Sequence record: PQ850612.1
Source: Escherichia phage KarinMuster_Bas82
Strand: one strand, 5' to 3'
DNA: 58,508 nt
Each line of letters opens with the position of its first letter. Position 1 is the first letter of the stretch. The position numbers and the translations under genes were made by a program. Below, piece after piece: positions 18,554 to 27,599 of the stretch. The notes beneath the pieces are model-generated. The model was not told the origin of the DNA and searched no databases. It was given only the letters and a program-made list of their open reading frames with translations.

Positions 18554-18927
18554 TGACAGACAAACGTCAAAGTGTCCTGAATGGTGTTACTCGTGCACTT
18601 GCTGAAGTAGGTGAAGATTTGACGGTAAAACGTGTGACAACAGTTCCCAATCCGTCTAATCCTACATTACCGGGTACAACCGTTACTGAATCGCATACGT
18701 GCCGTGGTTATATTTACCCATTAGAAAAGTGGGATCCGACTACTATGACCAGAATAACCACAACAATGGTAATTATGGATAGTCAGAGTTTTGAACCACG
18801 ATTCGTTCCCGATCGGGGGGATGTTGTGGTTGATGAACGTGGTAAAGAATATCGCCTTCTTGATCGTCAAAACCCACGATTGTTAGGGGATGATATGGCA
18901 TTTATTCACCCTGTTGGAGCTGCCTGA
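18550..18927 (+). CDS. hypothetical head-tail protein
   Basis: 125-aa ORF. Confidence 0.45.
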   Translation: MMTDKRQSVLNGVTRALAEVGEDLTVKRVTTVPNPSNPTLPGTTVTESHTCRGYIYPLEKWDPTTMTRITTTMVIMDSQSFEPRFVPDRGDVVVDERGKEYRLLDRQNPRLLGDDMAFIHPVGAA

Positions 18928-18928
18928 T

Positions 18929-19360
18929 ATGGCTAAGGCTAACGTTAATGACATAAACCGTATAACAGGTGTCTTTAAAGACATTAAAGCTGACCTGCGA
19001 GATTTTACCGATCGTGAAGTCATCCGGTATGTCCTGACGTTACGTAATATTCTTGTCAGTGAACCACCTGACGGTACACCTGTGGATACAGGCTGGGCAA
19101 GCAACAACTGGTGGTTCGATCAGGGGCAACCCGCTAATAGTCCTGATACACCAACAGGTAATGTTGAAGCCAGTAAAGCACGTATCGAACAGGATACGGT
19201 CACTATCAGCAGTATTAAAGTTAATGGTCAGGAACTGCATATTACTAACAACGTTCCTTACATTGGGGTTCTCAATGGTGGTAGCAGTACACAGACACCT
19301 TCCGGGTTTGTCGAACGTGCTATATTAAAAGCCGGAATAATGGTGAGGTTTAATCAGTGA
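18929..19360 (+). CDS. hypothetical head-tail protein
   Basis: start at MAKANV with SD GGAG. Confidence 0.45.
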   Translation: MAKANVNDINRITGVFKDIKADLRDFTDREVIRYVLTLRNILVSEPPDGTPVDTGWASNNWWFDQGQPANSPDTPTGNVEASKARIEQDTVTISSIKVNGQELHITNNVPYIGVLNGGSSTQTPSGFVERAILKAGIMVRFNQ

Positions 19361-19782
19361 TGACACTCTCAGATGTTTCAGGAATTGTTTATAATCGCGT
19401 TCTGGCGAATCTTCCCGTGGAAATTACGCCTGACAGATTTACAATCGCTTCTGGTCAACTTCCTGACGACACTACAGAAAAACCAGGTCTGATTCTGACA
19501 CACAATCCCGGTCCGTGGACAATAACCACGCTGGGTGGGGAAGGTATTTGTCGTCGTCGTTTAAGAACAGGAAACGTTTTTTTACAGGTACGTACACCTG
19601 CTCAGTATGGCATGGACACTTTGAGTATTGATATTGCGGATCGGCTTGCAAAATTATTTGAAGGTGTCTGGCAGGATCGCCCGTTAATTTACACGAGTGT
19701 TGATATTCGTCATCAGGGTCGTGATAACGCGTGGTTTTTAACGAACGTCGTACTTAGTTACGAATACGAAGAAATATATTAA
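19357..19782 (+). CDS. hypothetical tail-module protein
   Basis: 141-aa ORF. Confidence 0.45.
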   Translation: MMTLSDVSGIVYNRVLANLPVEITPDRFTIASGQLPDDTTEKPGLILTHNPGPWTITTLGGEGICRRRLRTGNVFLQVRTPAQYGMDTLSIDIADRLAKLFEGVWQDRPLIYTSVDIRHQGRDNAWFLTNVVLSYEYEEIY

Positions 19783-19818
19783 ACTACGAATGATTGCAAT
19801 CAAACGAGGCTTAGAACA

Positions 19819-21276
19819 ATGGCTGAATCAATTTTTAAATGTTCGCAAACACCTGCGGCTGATGTAAACGCAACACGACTCAGTGTGGCAAAAGTCTGTG
19901 AACCTGTTTCTGGTACACCCTGGACTGTTCAACAACCGAATGAAATCAGTTCTTACAGTGCTGATATTACAAAGACTCAGCGTACACCGATCAGTACGGA
20001 CCGATCTGCACGTAAAGGCACGGTAACTAACGTAGAAGTTGCACCGGGTTTTCAGACAGACCTGACACTTGATACGTTCCGCTACTGGGGTGATGGGTTC
20101 CTTTACAGTAAATGGGTCGGTGCTGGTGCAATTGATATTGACGTTACCAGTGTTGGCGCTGACGCTTATAACGTTACTACTCTTGATGCGGCATTACCTG
20201 AAGGTGCTCTTGTTTATGCGACAGGTTTTACACTGGCTGCAAACAACGGTTTGAAAACTGTAGGCGCTGATAGTACCACTACTGCCATCAACGTGTCAGG
20301 GCTTACTGCCGAAGCGTCACCGCCTGCTGAAGCTCGTTTATATCTCGTGGGGTATGCTGCAGCGTCTGGTGACATCGCTGTTAACAGTAATGGTCAGTTG
20401 ACGTCTACCACCCTGGATTTTTCCACACTGGGTTTAGTACCGGGACAGTATGTTTATATTGATGGTCTAACACAGTCCGTAACCAGTAAAATGGCCCGTG
20501 TGACTATGGTTGGTGATCATATTCTGACTCTCGCTAACAGTGAATTCACCACTGAAGAAGGTACGGGTAAAACTGTACGTTTATTTGTTTCCAGTTTTGT
20601 TCGAAACGTTCCTGTTGACTCTGCAGAGTTCGTTAAAACTGAATACACAATGGAAGCACGTTACAACACGACACCTGTTATTTATGAATATGCGCGTGCT
20701 GTAGCTGCAAACCAGATGACGATCAACGCACCGTTGACTGAAAAAATGACAATGGATCTGACGTTTGTAGCACAGGATTTATCAGCACCGTCAGAAACCG
20801 CGCTACCGGGTTCCGGGTATGTTGAATTCGTGGCTAACGAAGCGTACAACACCGTAACGAACCTGAACCGTGTACGACTGACCGGGATTGATGATAGTGG
20901 ACTCAGTACGTTCCTGAAAGACGTTACTGTCACCGTGAATAACAACGTGTCAGGTGAAAACGTGCTGGGCGTGATGGGTGCTGCGTTTACCAACATCGGT
21001 AACCTGGAAATCACAATGGAAACTGAAACGGTGATGACGGACGGTGCTGTACTGGCTGCGATCCGTAACAACGCAACAGTCAACTTCGAACTTGCCGGGG
21101 TAAACGGTGATGGTGCAATTGTGGTTAACATCCCCGCTATGACACTGGGTGACGGTTCTAAGAACCTTGCAACGGGCGAAAAAGTGAAAGTCACTGTTAG
21201 CGGTAACGCCCACGAAGAAGAGTCGATCGGTTTTATGATTGGGTTCAGCTTGTTCCCGTACTTGCCTACAGCATGA
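19819..21276 (+). CDS. major tail protein (putative)
   Basis: 485-aa ORF upstream of chaperone and tape measure; strong terminator follows. Confidence 0.5.
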   Translation: MAESIFKCSQTPAADVNATRLSVAKVCEPVSGTPWTVQQPNEISSYSADITKTQRTPISTDRSARKGTVTNVEVAPGFQTDLTLDTFRYWGDGFLYSKWVGAGAIDIDVTSVGADAYNVTTLDAALPEGALVYATGFTLAANNGLKTVGADSTTTAINVSGLTAEASPPAEARLYLVGYAAASGDIAVNSNGQLTSTTLDFSTLGLVPGQYVYIDGLTQSVTSKMARVTMVGDHILTLANSEFTTEEGTGKTVRLFVSSFVRNVPVDSAEFVKTEYTMEARYNTTPVIYEYARAVAANQMTINAPLTEKMTMDLTFVAQDLSAPSETALPGSGYVEFVANEAYNTVTNLNRVRLTGIDDSGLSTFLKDVTVTVNNNVSGENVLGVMGAAFTNIGNLEITMETETVMTDGAVLAAIRNNATVNFELAGVNGDGAIVVNIPAMTLGDGSKNLATGEKVKVTVSGNAHEEESIGFMIGFSLFPYLPTA

Positions 21277-21296
21277 CATGGTAGATGGTAGTGGTT

Positions 21297-21320
21297 GCCC
21301 GGTTAACGCCGGGCTTTTTT
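21297..21320 (+). terminator. rho-independent terminator
   Basis: GCCCGG-ttaacg-CCGGGC then TTTTTT. Confidence 0.7.
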
Positions 21321-21322
21321 GT

Positions 21323-21586
21323 TTATATTTTACCCTCCTGCATCAATCCTTCAGCAACAGTCATTTGGTAACGTGGTGCTTTCCATGCTTGAAGTGCTTT
21401 TTCTGCACCTTTTTGTGTTTTATACGGTTTGATACTTGTTAAAATAGCAGTTGTAATACCTGCACCATAACCACGGTCTGTTTCCTGACAAACTCGAAAC
21501 AAACCATCAATTTGTTTAACTACTAAACGTTTGAACGCAATGTTGCCCGTTTCTTTGTTGATGTAGCGTTGAATTACCCGTTCCAT
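21323..21586 (-). CDS. hypothetical protein (leftward moron)
   Basis: 87-aa ORF with own conserved promoter. Confidence 0.45.
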   Translation of the reverse strand: MERVIQRYINKETGNIAFKRLVVKQIDGLFRVCQETDRGYGAGITTAILTSIKPYKTQKGAEKALQAWKAPRYQMTVAEGLMQEGKI

Positions 21587-21618
21587 TATTTTAACCCTCA
21601 GTTCGTTTCGTTGAGTTA

Positions 21619-21660
21619 AAGATACCTTAACAGGTGTAATTCGTCAAGAATTATTTTAAA
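21619..21660 (-). promoter_or_regulatory. conserved phage promoter (leftward)
   Basis: TTTAAAATAATTCTTGACGAATTAC; -10 TATCTT. Confidence 0.55.
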
Positions 21661-21724
21661 TATCTTGCGTAATTTGTACAGAACTATTACTATCTAATCG
21701 TCTACTACATAAAAGGTAAAAACC

Positions 21725-22147
21725 ATGTCAAAGTTTGACCATCTGAAAAAAGCACTTTCTCCACTGGTGCTGAAGTCTTCTGCTGAACTGATTTTAAATA
21801 AAAATTTCAGTATCACCGTGTTGAACCTGAACACCGCTAACCAGGTATATAACGTAACAGTCGCGGACTATGTAAAACAGAACGGTGTGTTGTCTGAAAA
21901 TTTCTTTGAAAAACTGTGGAATCAGGAATATACACCAGAAGGTGTTAAGTTCGTGGCTAACGTTCTTATGCTGGACTGGAAACTGATTGGTGAAGATGAC
22001 AAACCGGAACCATTCAGTGTTGAAGAAGCTATTGAACTGTTAAGTGATGAACGTTTTGGTCAGGTGATCTACAGTCGTGTTATTCAGTTTGCAATTAATT
22101 CCGCATTTTTCCAGGACGAATGGGAAAAACAGATTGAAAAAAACTGA
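21725..22147 (+). CDS. tail assembly chaperone (short form)
   Basis: 140 aa upstream of tape measure; slippery site at 3' end. Confidence 0.65.
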   Translation: MSKFDHLKKALSPLVLKSSAELILNKNFSITVLNLNTANQVYNVTVADYVKQNGVLSENFFEKLWNQEYTPEGVKFVANVLMLDWKLIGEDDKPEPFSVEEAIELLSDERFGQVIYSRVIQFAINSAFFQDEWEKQIEKN

Positions 22148-22443
22148 TTGACTTCCTCTTGTGGAACGAGCGGACAGACGGGGATGACCTGGACTGGGTT
22201 GCACAAGGGGCGGCTGCACGTGGTATATCTGTTCCGGTTGTTGTACGGAAACGTCCTGAATTGCGACCTGATGCTATCTTTTACTGGAATGCTTTTTTGG
22301 ATTTGATAGGTGCTGATTGGGTTGCTTGTGAGCGTTATGCACGGGTGTATAACGTTGATGTACAATTCCTATGGAAATTATTGGTAGCATTGCGGTCTGC
22401 ACGTGTTGTCGAGATGAAGAAAAATAAACATAAGCCCGGTTAG
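21725..22443 (+). CDS. tail assembly chaperone frameshift-extended form
   Basis: fusion ...EWEKQIEKN-LIDFLLWNERTDGDD... by -1 shift. Confidence 0.55.
22138..22144 (+). other. -1 programmed frameshift site A_AAA_AAC
   Basis: heptamer ends 1 nt before stop; -1 frame open for 94 further codons to 22443 and lacks its own ATG/SD. Confidence 0.6.
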
Positions 22444-22457
22444 TTCCGGGCTTTTTC
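22433..22457. terminator. hairpin terminator between convergent genes
   Basis: AGCCCGG-ttagtt-CCGGGCT then TTTTT. Confidence 0.55.
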
Positions 22458-23354
22458 ATTTATGTAGTCGAGGATTGCAGGAGAGTATTTAAACCACTCT
22501 GTAGCACCGTCAAAGCCTTTGAGACGCGCATTAAGTTCACGGAAGACCTTGTGTACCTCTTGTTCCAGTTTGTAAGCATCAGCGCCGTGTGGAAACGGGT
22601 ATGACACGAGTTTAACCACTGGGTGTGTTGTTTCGCGTTGTAGTTGTCGTAGTCGCCGTTTTAAGTCGTTTGTGATACCGACTTTAAGCAGAGTAGGGCA
22701 CTTTTTATCGTCAGCTAACACGTAGAGTGTACCGGGTTCTGACGGGTTAAAACCTGTTTGTGAACACTGAGGACAACCATGTTTTTTATGCAAATGCATG
22801 GCTGGACGTTGTTCAAACACTCCATGCTCTGGACAGATGATTTTTATTCGAGTGAAATTGTTAATATACGCCACCAACGAATAGTCGTAACGGTCCCCAT
22901 GAACTTCGCGAGCACGAGTAATGAAATCTTCGGCGCCTAAGCGTTTTTGTTCAGACGACTGTTTACGAGCACATTGTGGGCAACCTTTCCCGTGAACATG
23001 ATTGCCCGGTGTCTGTTCAAACACACCATGTATCGGACAGATAATCTTCACAGGTGTGCACCAATTCACATACTCCACCAGCGAATAGTCATACTTGTCC
23101 CCATGAACTTCACGAGCACGAGTGATAAACTCTCCTGTGGTTAAACGTTTTTGTTCAACAGTACATTGGGTACAACCTGCTTTCATTGAAGTGTGATTGT
23201 TCGGAGTCTGTTCAAATACCCCGTGTTCGGGGCAGATAATTTTTACTTTGGTGTTAGCACCTTCATACTCCACCAGCGAATAGTCATACTTGTCACCATG
23301 AACTTCACGGGCACGCGTGATAAACTCTTCTGTGGTTAAACGTTTCCTACTCAT
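22440..23354 (-). CDS. T5orf172/GIY-YIG-like domain protein with three N-terminal repeats
   Basis: 304 aa; three ~60-aa repeats (EFITRAREVHGDKYDYSLVEY...CPxHGVFEQ...C.QC); C-terminal GTLYVLADDKK...LLKVGITNDLKRRLRQL. Confidence 0.6.
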   Translation of the reverse strand: MSRKRLTTEEFITRAREVHGDKYDYSLVEYEGANTKVKIICPEHGVFEQTPNNHTSMKAGCTQCTVEQKRLTTGEFITRAREVHGDKYDYSLVEYVNWCTPVKIICPIHGVFEQTPGNHVHGKGCPQCARKQSSEQKRLGAEDFITRAREVHGDRYDYSLVAYINNFTRIKIICPEHGVFEQRPAMHLHKKHGCPQCSQTGFNPSEPGTLYVLADDKKCPTLLKVGITNDLKRRLRQLQRETTHPVVKLVSYPFPHGADAYKLEQEVHKVFRELNARLKGFDGATEWFKYSPAILDYINEKARN

Positions 23355-23355
23355 C

Positions 23356-23535
23356 TTATTTGTTGCTTTTTAACACAGCCCAGATTAACGCACCTAACCA
23401 ACCGACGAATGTCCAACCCGCAAAGATGTTAAGTAAAATAATTGCTGTTTGTTGTTTATGTTTAACGTTAATCGCGATGAGTGCTGGGATCAGATATACA
23501 GCAGCGATTAAGAAAAGAATGATGAAAGTAGCCAT
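23356..23535 (-). CDS. superinfection immunity (Imm)-like small membrane protein
   Basis: 59 aa MATFIILFLIAAVYLIPALIAINVKHKQQTAIILLNIFAGWTFVGWLGALIWAVLKSNK; not in ORF track (below size cutoff). Confidence 0.55.
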   Translation of the reverse strand: MATFIILFLIAAVYLIPALIAINVKHKQQTAIILLNIFAGWTFVGWLGALIWAVLKSNK

Positions 23536-23565
23536 TTTGTAACCCTCCGTTGTTTTGTTGATTGT

Positions 23566-23607
23566 AGGTTACACGTCCTTGTGTAATCCGTCAAGAATTA
23601 TTTTAAA
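23566..23607 (-). promoter_or_regulatory. conserved phage promoter (leftward)
   Basis: TTTAAAATAATTCTTGACGGATTAC; -10 TAACCT. Confidence 0.55.
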
Positions 23608-23669
23608 CGTTTGTTGCTTTTTAGACCCGTGTTAAACTGTGTATATGCTTCGTGAAAAGGTTAACCACA

Positions 23670-26237
23670 ATGGCACAGTATCCGATTGATATAAAAATAG
23701 ACACTGGTGACGCTGACAGAAATCTTAACAGTCTTAATAACCAGTTAGACCAAACAGCTAATTCTGCAAAATCTGCTGCACAAGCTGCAAACACTTTATC
23801 AAAAAGTGAACAGCAAGCTGCAAAATCTGCACAAGTAATGGCGTCAAATACTGGTAACGCTACATCATCTTTAAAGGCGATGGCATCTGGCGTAAATCTT
23901 GCAACAAACGCCGTTCGTGGTTTTATGGCAATAGGTGCGGTGTCTTCTGCTATTGAGTTAGGAAAAGCGTTTATTGTTGCGGGTGATGCAGCTAATCAAC
24001 TCGAAGCTCGTATTGCAAGATTGACCGGGAGTACATCATCAGCCGAACAAACATTTCAAACACTCGCGGATATTGCCTCTAAAACAGGTGGTGGTCTTGC
24101 TGATACTGAACGTTTATGGGAAACCTTATCATCGTCATTAAAGGATAGCGGCGCAACAAACGATCAGATATTACGATTAACTGAAACACTTCAAAAAATA
24201 GGTCGTGTTGGTGGTTCATCTGCTGAAGAAATGTCTAACGCATTACGTCAGTTTGGTCAGTCAATTTCATCTGGTGTAGTTCGTGCGGAAGAATTTAACA
24301 GCATTATTGAACAGATGCCAGAACTGGCAAGACAAATGGCTGCTGGTTTAGGTATTTCAATGGGTGAGTTACGCCAGAAAATGCTGGATGGTGAACTTAC
24401 AGCGGAACAAGCATTGAATGCTATCATTCGTCAAACGCAAAATGTTGATGAAGAATTTAGCAAATTGCCACGGTCTTTAGATCAAGCTACGAATTCGTTA
24501 TCTGTATCGTTAGCCACGTTTGTTGCAAGCATGAATGACGTGACTGGAGCATCAAATCTTGCTGTAAACGCTATTGATACACTTACAGGTTTCATCAATA
24601 AATTAGGCGATGATTCAACAACAACTGCTGATAAATTGTGGTCAATAGCTGGCGTAATATCTAAGTTACAACCAGGTGCTATTGGGGCATCCCTTGCTGA
24701 TCTGGTCTGGTCAAACGATGATGTAAATAATGCAAAAGCGTACAATGACCAGGTTGATAGATTTGTTAAAGCATCTGCGGCTGGATACGAACAAGCTAAA
24801 AAAAACCGTGATGCTACAAAACCTATTTCTATAAAAGGGACAAATGCATCAGACGCGGAAGCACAAAAACAGATTAAAAACCTGAAAGAACAGATTACCT
24901 ATACCCAGGCGCTTGCTGACGGTAATTATGAACTGGCAGCAAGTCAGAAACTGGGTAACAAAGCAACAAAGGAACAGATTGCAGACTACGCCGCGTTGTT
25001 GAAACAACAGGCAGAATATAAAGAAAATCAAAAAAACCAGAAGAAATTAGCCAGTGCTGAAGCATCTGCGGCTAAACGTGCACAGAAAGAACTGGAACGT
25101 AATCAGGCTGCTAACCAGAAATACCTGAAAACGCTTCAGGATAAAATCAATGCTGGTAATTATGATGTTCAGTTAGCACGCGAACAGGTTCAGATTGCTT
25201 TAACACAGGGGTCGTCTGTTGAACAACTTACAGCAACGTATCAGAAAGAATATCAGGTACGTCAACAGTTAACGCTGGCATCACAACAGGCAGAAGCACA
25301 ATCACGACTGAATAAAGACGCGACTGATGCTGAACGTGCCGCTGTTGATGCACATGTGGCTGCATTGCAACGACAACAGCAGATAGCACAGTTAAGCGCA
25401 GATGTAAAACAAGTTGACATTGATGTGAAAGCACAGTTGAACCCGTATCAATCACAAATTGATCAGGTTAATCAACAGGAAGCAACACGTCTTAGTATTA
25501 TTCAAACTGCCCGTGAACAAGATTTAATTAACGAGCAACAATACCAGGACATGAAAACGCAGATTCAACAGGCCGGGGAACAAGCCCGTACGAATCTTGC
25601 AAACGCTAACTACAGCTTGTTGCTACAATCCAGTGCTGATTTTTTGGGTCAAATGGCTGCCGGTCTGGCACAATCTAAAGGTGAGCAATCAAACGCGTAT
25701 AAAGCAATGTTTGCACTGTCTAAAGCCTTTAGTATCGCACAGGCGAGTATTAACCTGTGGACAGCCGTTAGTCAGGCTATGGCGTTGCCGTTCCCGGCGA
25801 ATATTCCGTTCATTGCACAGGCTTTATCATACGGAACAAGCGTGTTAGGTAACATTCAGTCTGTGGCTGCAACAGGTTTTGCAACGGGTGGTTATGTTAA
25901 AGGCCCGGGTACAGGTCAGAGTGACAGTATAAACGCACGTTTGAGTAATGGTGAATTTGTCAGTACCAAACAGGCTACCAGTCGTTATCGCAGCACTCTG
26001 GAAGCAATGAATCGTGGGACATATACCCCCGGATCTGAAGGTGGTTCGTCACCTAATATTCAGGTTCATAACTACGGTGGTGAACGTGTTCAGGTGAAAC
26101 AAGGATTAACACGGGATGATGTAGTGCTTATCATAGGTGAAGAATTCCCACGACAATCAGCGGCACAATGGAATGACCCGTACAGTCAGACAAATAAAGC
26201 GTTCAGGTCTAACTATGATGCGAACAGGAAAATATAA
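23670..26237 (+). CDS. tail tape measure protein
   Basis: about 855 aa from MAQYPID start (SD GAAAAGG); long Q/A-rich coiled-coil-like sequence. Confidence 0.85.
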   Translation: MAQYPIDIKIDTGDADRNLNSLNNQLDQTANSAKSAAQAANTLSKSEQQAAKSAQVMASNTGNATSSLKAMASGVNLATNAVRGFMAIGAVSSAIELGKAFIVAGDAANQLEARIARLTGSTSSAEQTFQTLADIASKTGGGLADTERLWETLSSSLKDSGATNDQILRLTETLQKIGRVGGSSAEEMSNALRQFGQSISSGVVRAEEFNSIIEQMPELARQMAAGLGISMGELRQKMLDGELTAEQALNAIIRQTQNVDEEFSKLPRSLDQATNSLSVSLATFVASMNDVTGASNLAVNAIDTLTGFINKLGDDSTTTADKLWSIAGVISKLQPGAIGASLADLVWSNDDVNNAKAYNDQVDRFVKASAAGYEQAKKNRDATKPISIKGTNASDAEAQKQIKNLKEQITYTQALADGNYELAASQKLGNKATKEQIADYAALLKQQAEYKENQKNQKKLASAEASAAKRAQKELERNQAANQKYLKTLQDKINAGNYDVQLAREQVQIALTQGSSVEQLTATYQKEYQVRQQLTLASQQAEAQSRLNKDATDAERAAVDAHVAALQRQQQIAQLSADVKQVDIDVKAQLNPYQSQIDQVNQQEATRLSIIQTAREQDLINEQQYQDMKTQIQQAGEQARTNLANANYSLLLQSSADFLGQMAAGLAQSKGEQSNAYKAMFALSKAFSIAQASINLWTAVSQAMALPFPANIPFIAQALSYGTSVLGNIQSVAATGFATGGYVKGPGTGQSDSINARLSNGEFVSTKQATSRYRSTLEAMNRGTYTPGSEGGSSPNIQVHNYGGERVQVKQGLTRDDVVLIIGEEFPRQSAAQWNDPYSQTNKAFRSNYDANRKI

Positions 26238-26740
26238 TGAGCAATACAGATGATTTACCACGACTTGAGTACGGCGCGAAAATGGTGTTACCTGAGCGTG
26301 ATAATTACAGTTATAACCCGCCGTGGGGTGTAACTAAATCTGATATTTCCGGGACGCTATCACGGTTAGGTCGTAGCGCCTTTGGTGGTCCTGCTCAGGT
26401 ATCGTGTACAATTCAGTTATATAGTCCTGCGATGCTTCAGTGGTGGGACGATTTTTATAATCTGGAAATCGCTGAAGGTAGTAAGCGGTTTGTGATGCAA
26501 CTGTTTGTGAACGGTTTGATTCAGGAACACGTTGTTCAGATTGTCAGTAACCCGTCATCCTCTGTTGTAGGATGGAAAGGATCTGTTGATCTACAGTTAC
26601 AGGCTGTTCCGGTAATCGACCGTTGTGCAATGGCGTCACGATTGTTAATCACTAAATGCCAGGGTGATTACGCTGCTTGTTACCTTAAAGAAATTATTGA
26701 TACTGGCCTACTCTTAAATAACGCGTGGACACCAGAATGA
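26237..26740 (+). CDS. minor/distal tail protein (putative)
   Basis: 167 aa directly after tape measure. Confidence 0.45.
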   Translation: MSNTDDLPRLEYGAKMVLPERDNYSYNPPWGVTKSDISGTLSRLGRSAFGGPAQVSCTIQLYSPAMLQWWDDFYNLEIAEGSKRFVMQLFVNGLIQEHVVQIVSNPSSSVVGWKGSVDLQLQAVPVIDRCAMASRLLITKCQGDYAACYLKEIIDTGLLLNNAWTPE

Positions 26741-27243
26741 AAGACGAACTGCGTGAATTATTAACGGTCGCAACAACTGGTAAAGGTGTTGTTGACGGTG
26801 TGAAACTGAACCATAGTTCATGGCCCAATCCGCTATACATCACCAGTGTTTATCCGGGATTTATCGCTGTGCATGAAGACGGTAAGGAATATGAGTATGA
26901 GTACGTTCCGATGTCCGTCAAGAAGGCGAATAAACAAAACGATTTATCACAGGATTATTCATTCACCATTCAGGATCTGAATGAAGTCGTCGGTGTATAT
27001 CTGGACTTAATTCCGCTTGACAGTAATGAAAAACCATCTGTTGAGTTACGAACGTTTGTTTATCGTGAAGATGGTTCCATGTCTGATATTCAGGATGGGC
27101 CATATCTTCTGGAATCTGGTGATATTACTACCGAACCACAGGGTTGTACGTTCACAGCATCACCACCTATTACAAACTTCGCCGGGACAGGTGAATTATA
27201 TACGTTCGAACGTTTTCCTACATTGCTGGCGTATGCAACATGA
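26737..27243 (+). CDS. minor tail protein (putative)
   Basis: ATGA-overlapping start. Confidence 0.45.
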   Translation: MKDELRELLTVATTGKGVVDGVKLNHSSWPNPLYITSVYPGFIAVHEDGKEYEYEYVPMSVKKANKQNDLSQDYSFTIQDLNEVVGVYLDLIPLDSNEKPSVELRTFVYREDGSMSDIQDGPYLLESGDITTEPQGCTFTASPPITNFAGTGELYTFERFPTLLAYAT

Positions 27244-27599
27244 TCGGTGATCGCTACGATATTGATAAATGGAATTGTACACACGAGGTCAGTCAGTGGT
27301 ATCAGGTGCACAATTACCCACACGTATTGAAAACTGTTTCAGGTGATGAATGGGATATTGCGTTTGTCAGATGGATGCGAAAACGTTTTTCACTAATCAC
27401 CGCACCGGAACAAGGCGCACTTGTACTGATGAAGAACAGATATTCAGGCGGTTTTCATGTTGGTGTGTGGGATTGTGGAATGGTTCATCATTGTTATCAG
27501 CCACCTGGTGATTCACCAGGACAGACAATCAGATCACCTTTGAGTATAATCAAGACAGCACATAAAGAAATCACATTCTGGAGAATGAAAAGTGTCTAA
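27240..27599 (+). CDS. tail assembly protein, NlpC/P60-like (putative)
   Basis: 119 aa; candidate Cys/His in WNCTHEVSQW and GGFHVGVW. Confidence 0.4.
   Translation: MIGDRYDIDKWNCTHEVSQWYQVHNYPHVLKTVSGDEWDIAFVRWMRKRFSLITAPEQGALVLMKNRYSGGFHVGVWDCGMVHHCYQPPGDSPGQTIRSPLSIIKTAHKEITFWRMKSV

Noticed and set aside
20682-21194. Leftward 170-aa ORF inside the major tail gene (and similar antisense ORFs at 15017-15758 and 16311-16864)
   Set aside because: Fully embedded antisense to long, well-supported structural genes and lacking start context; treated as frame noise.
23360-23542. Plus-strand 60-aa ORF from the track
   Set aside because: The opposite strand encodes a 59-aa membrane protein with an Imm-like motif, a proper ATG and operon context, so the leftward reading is preferred.
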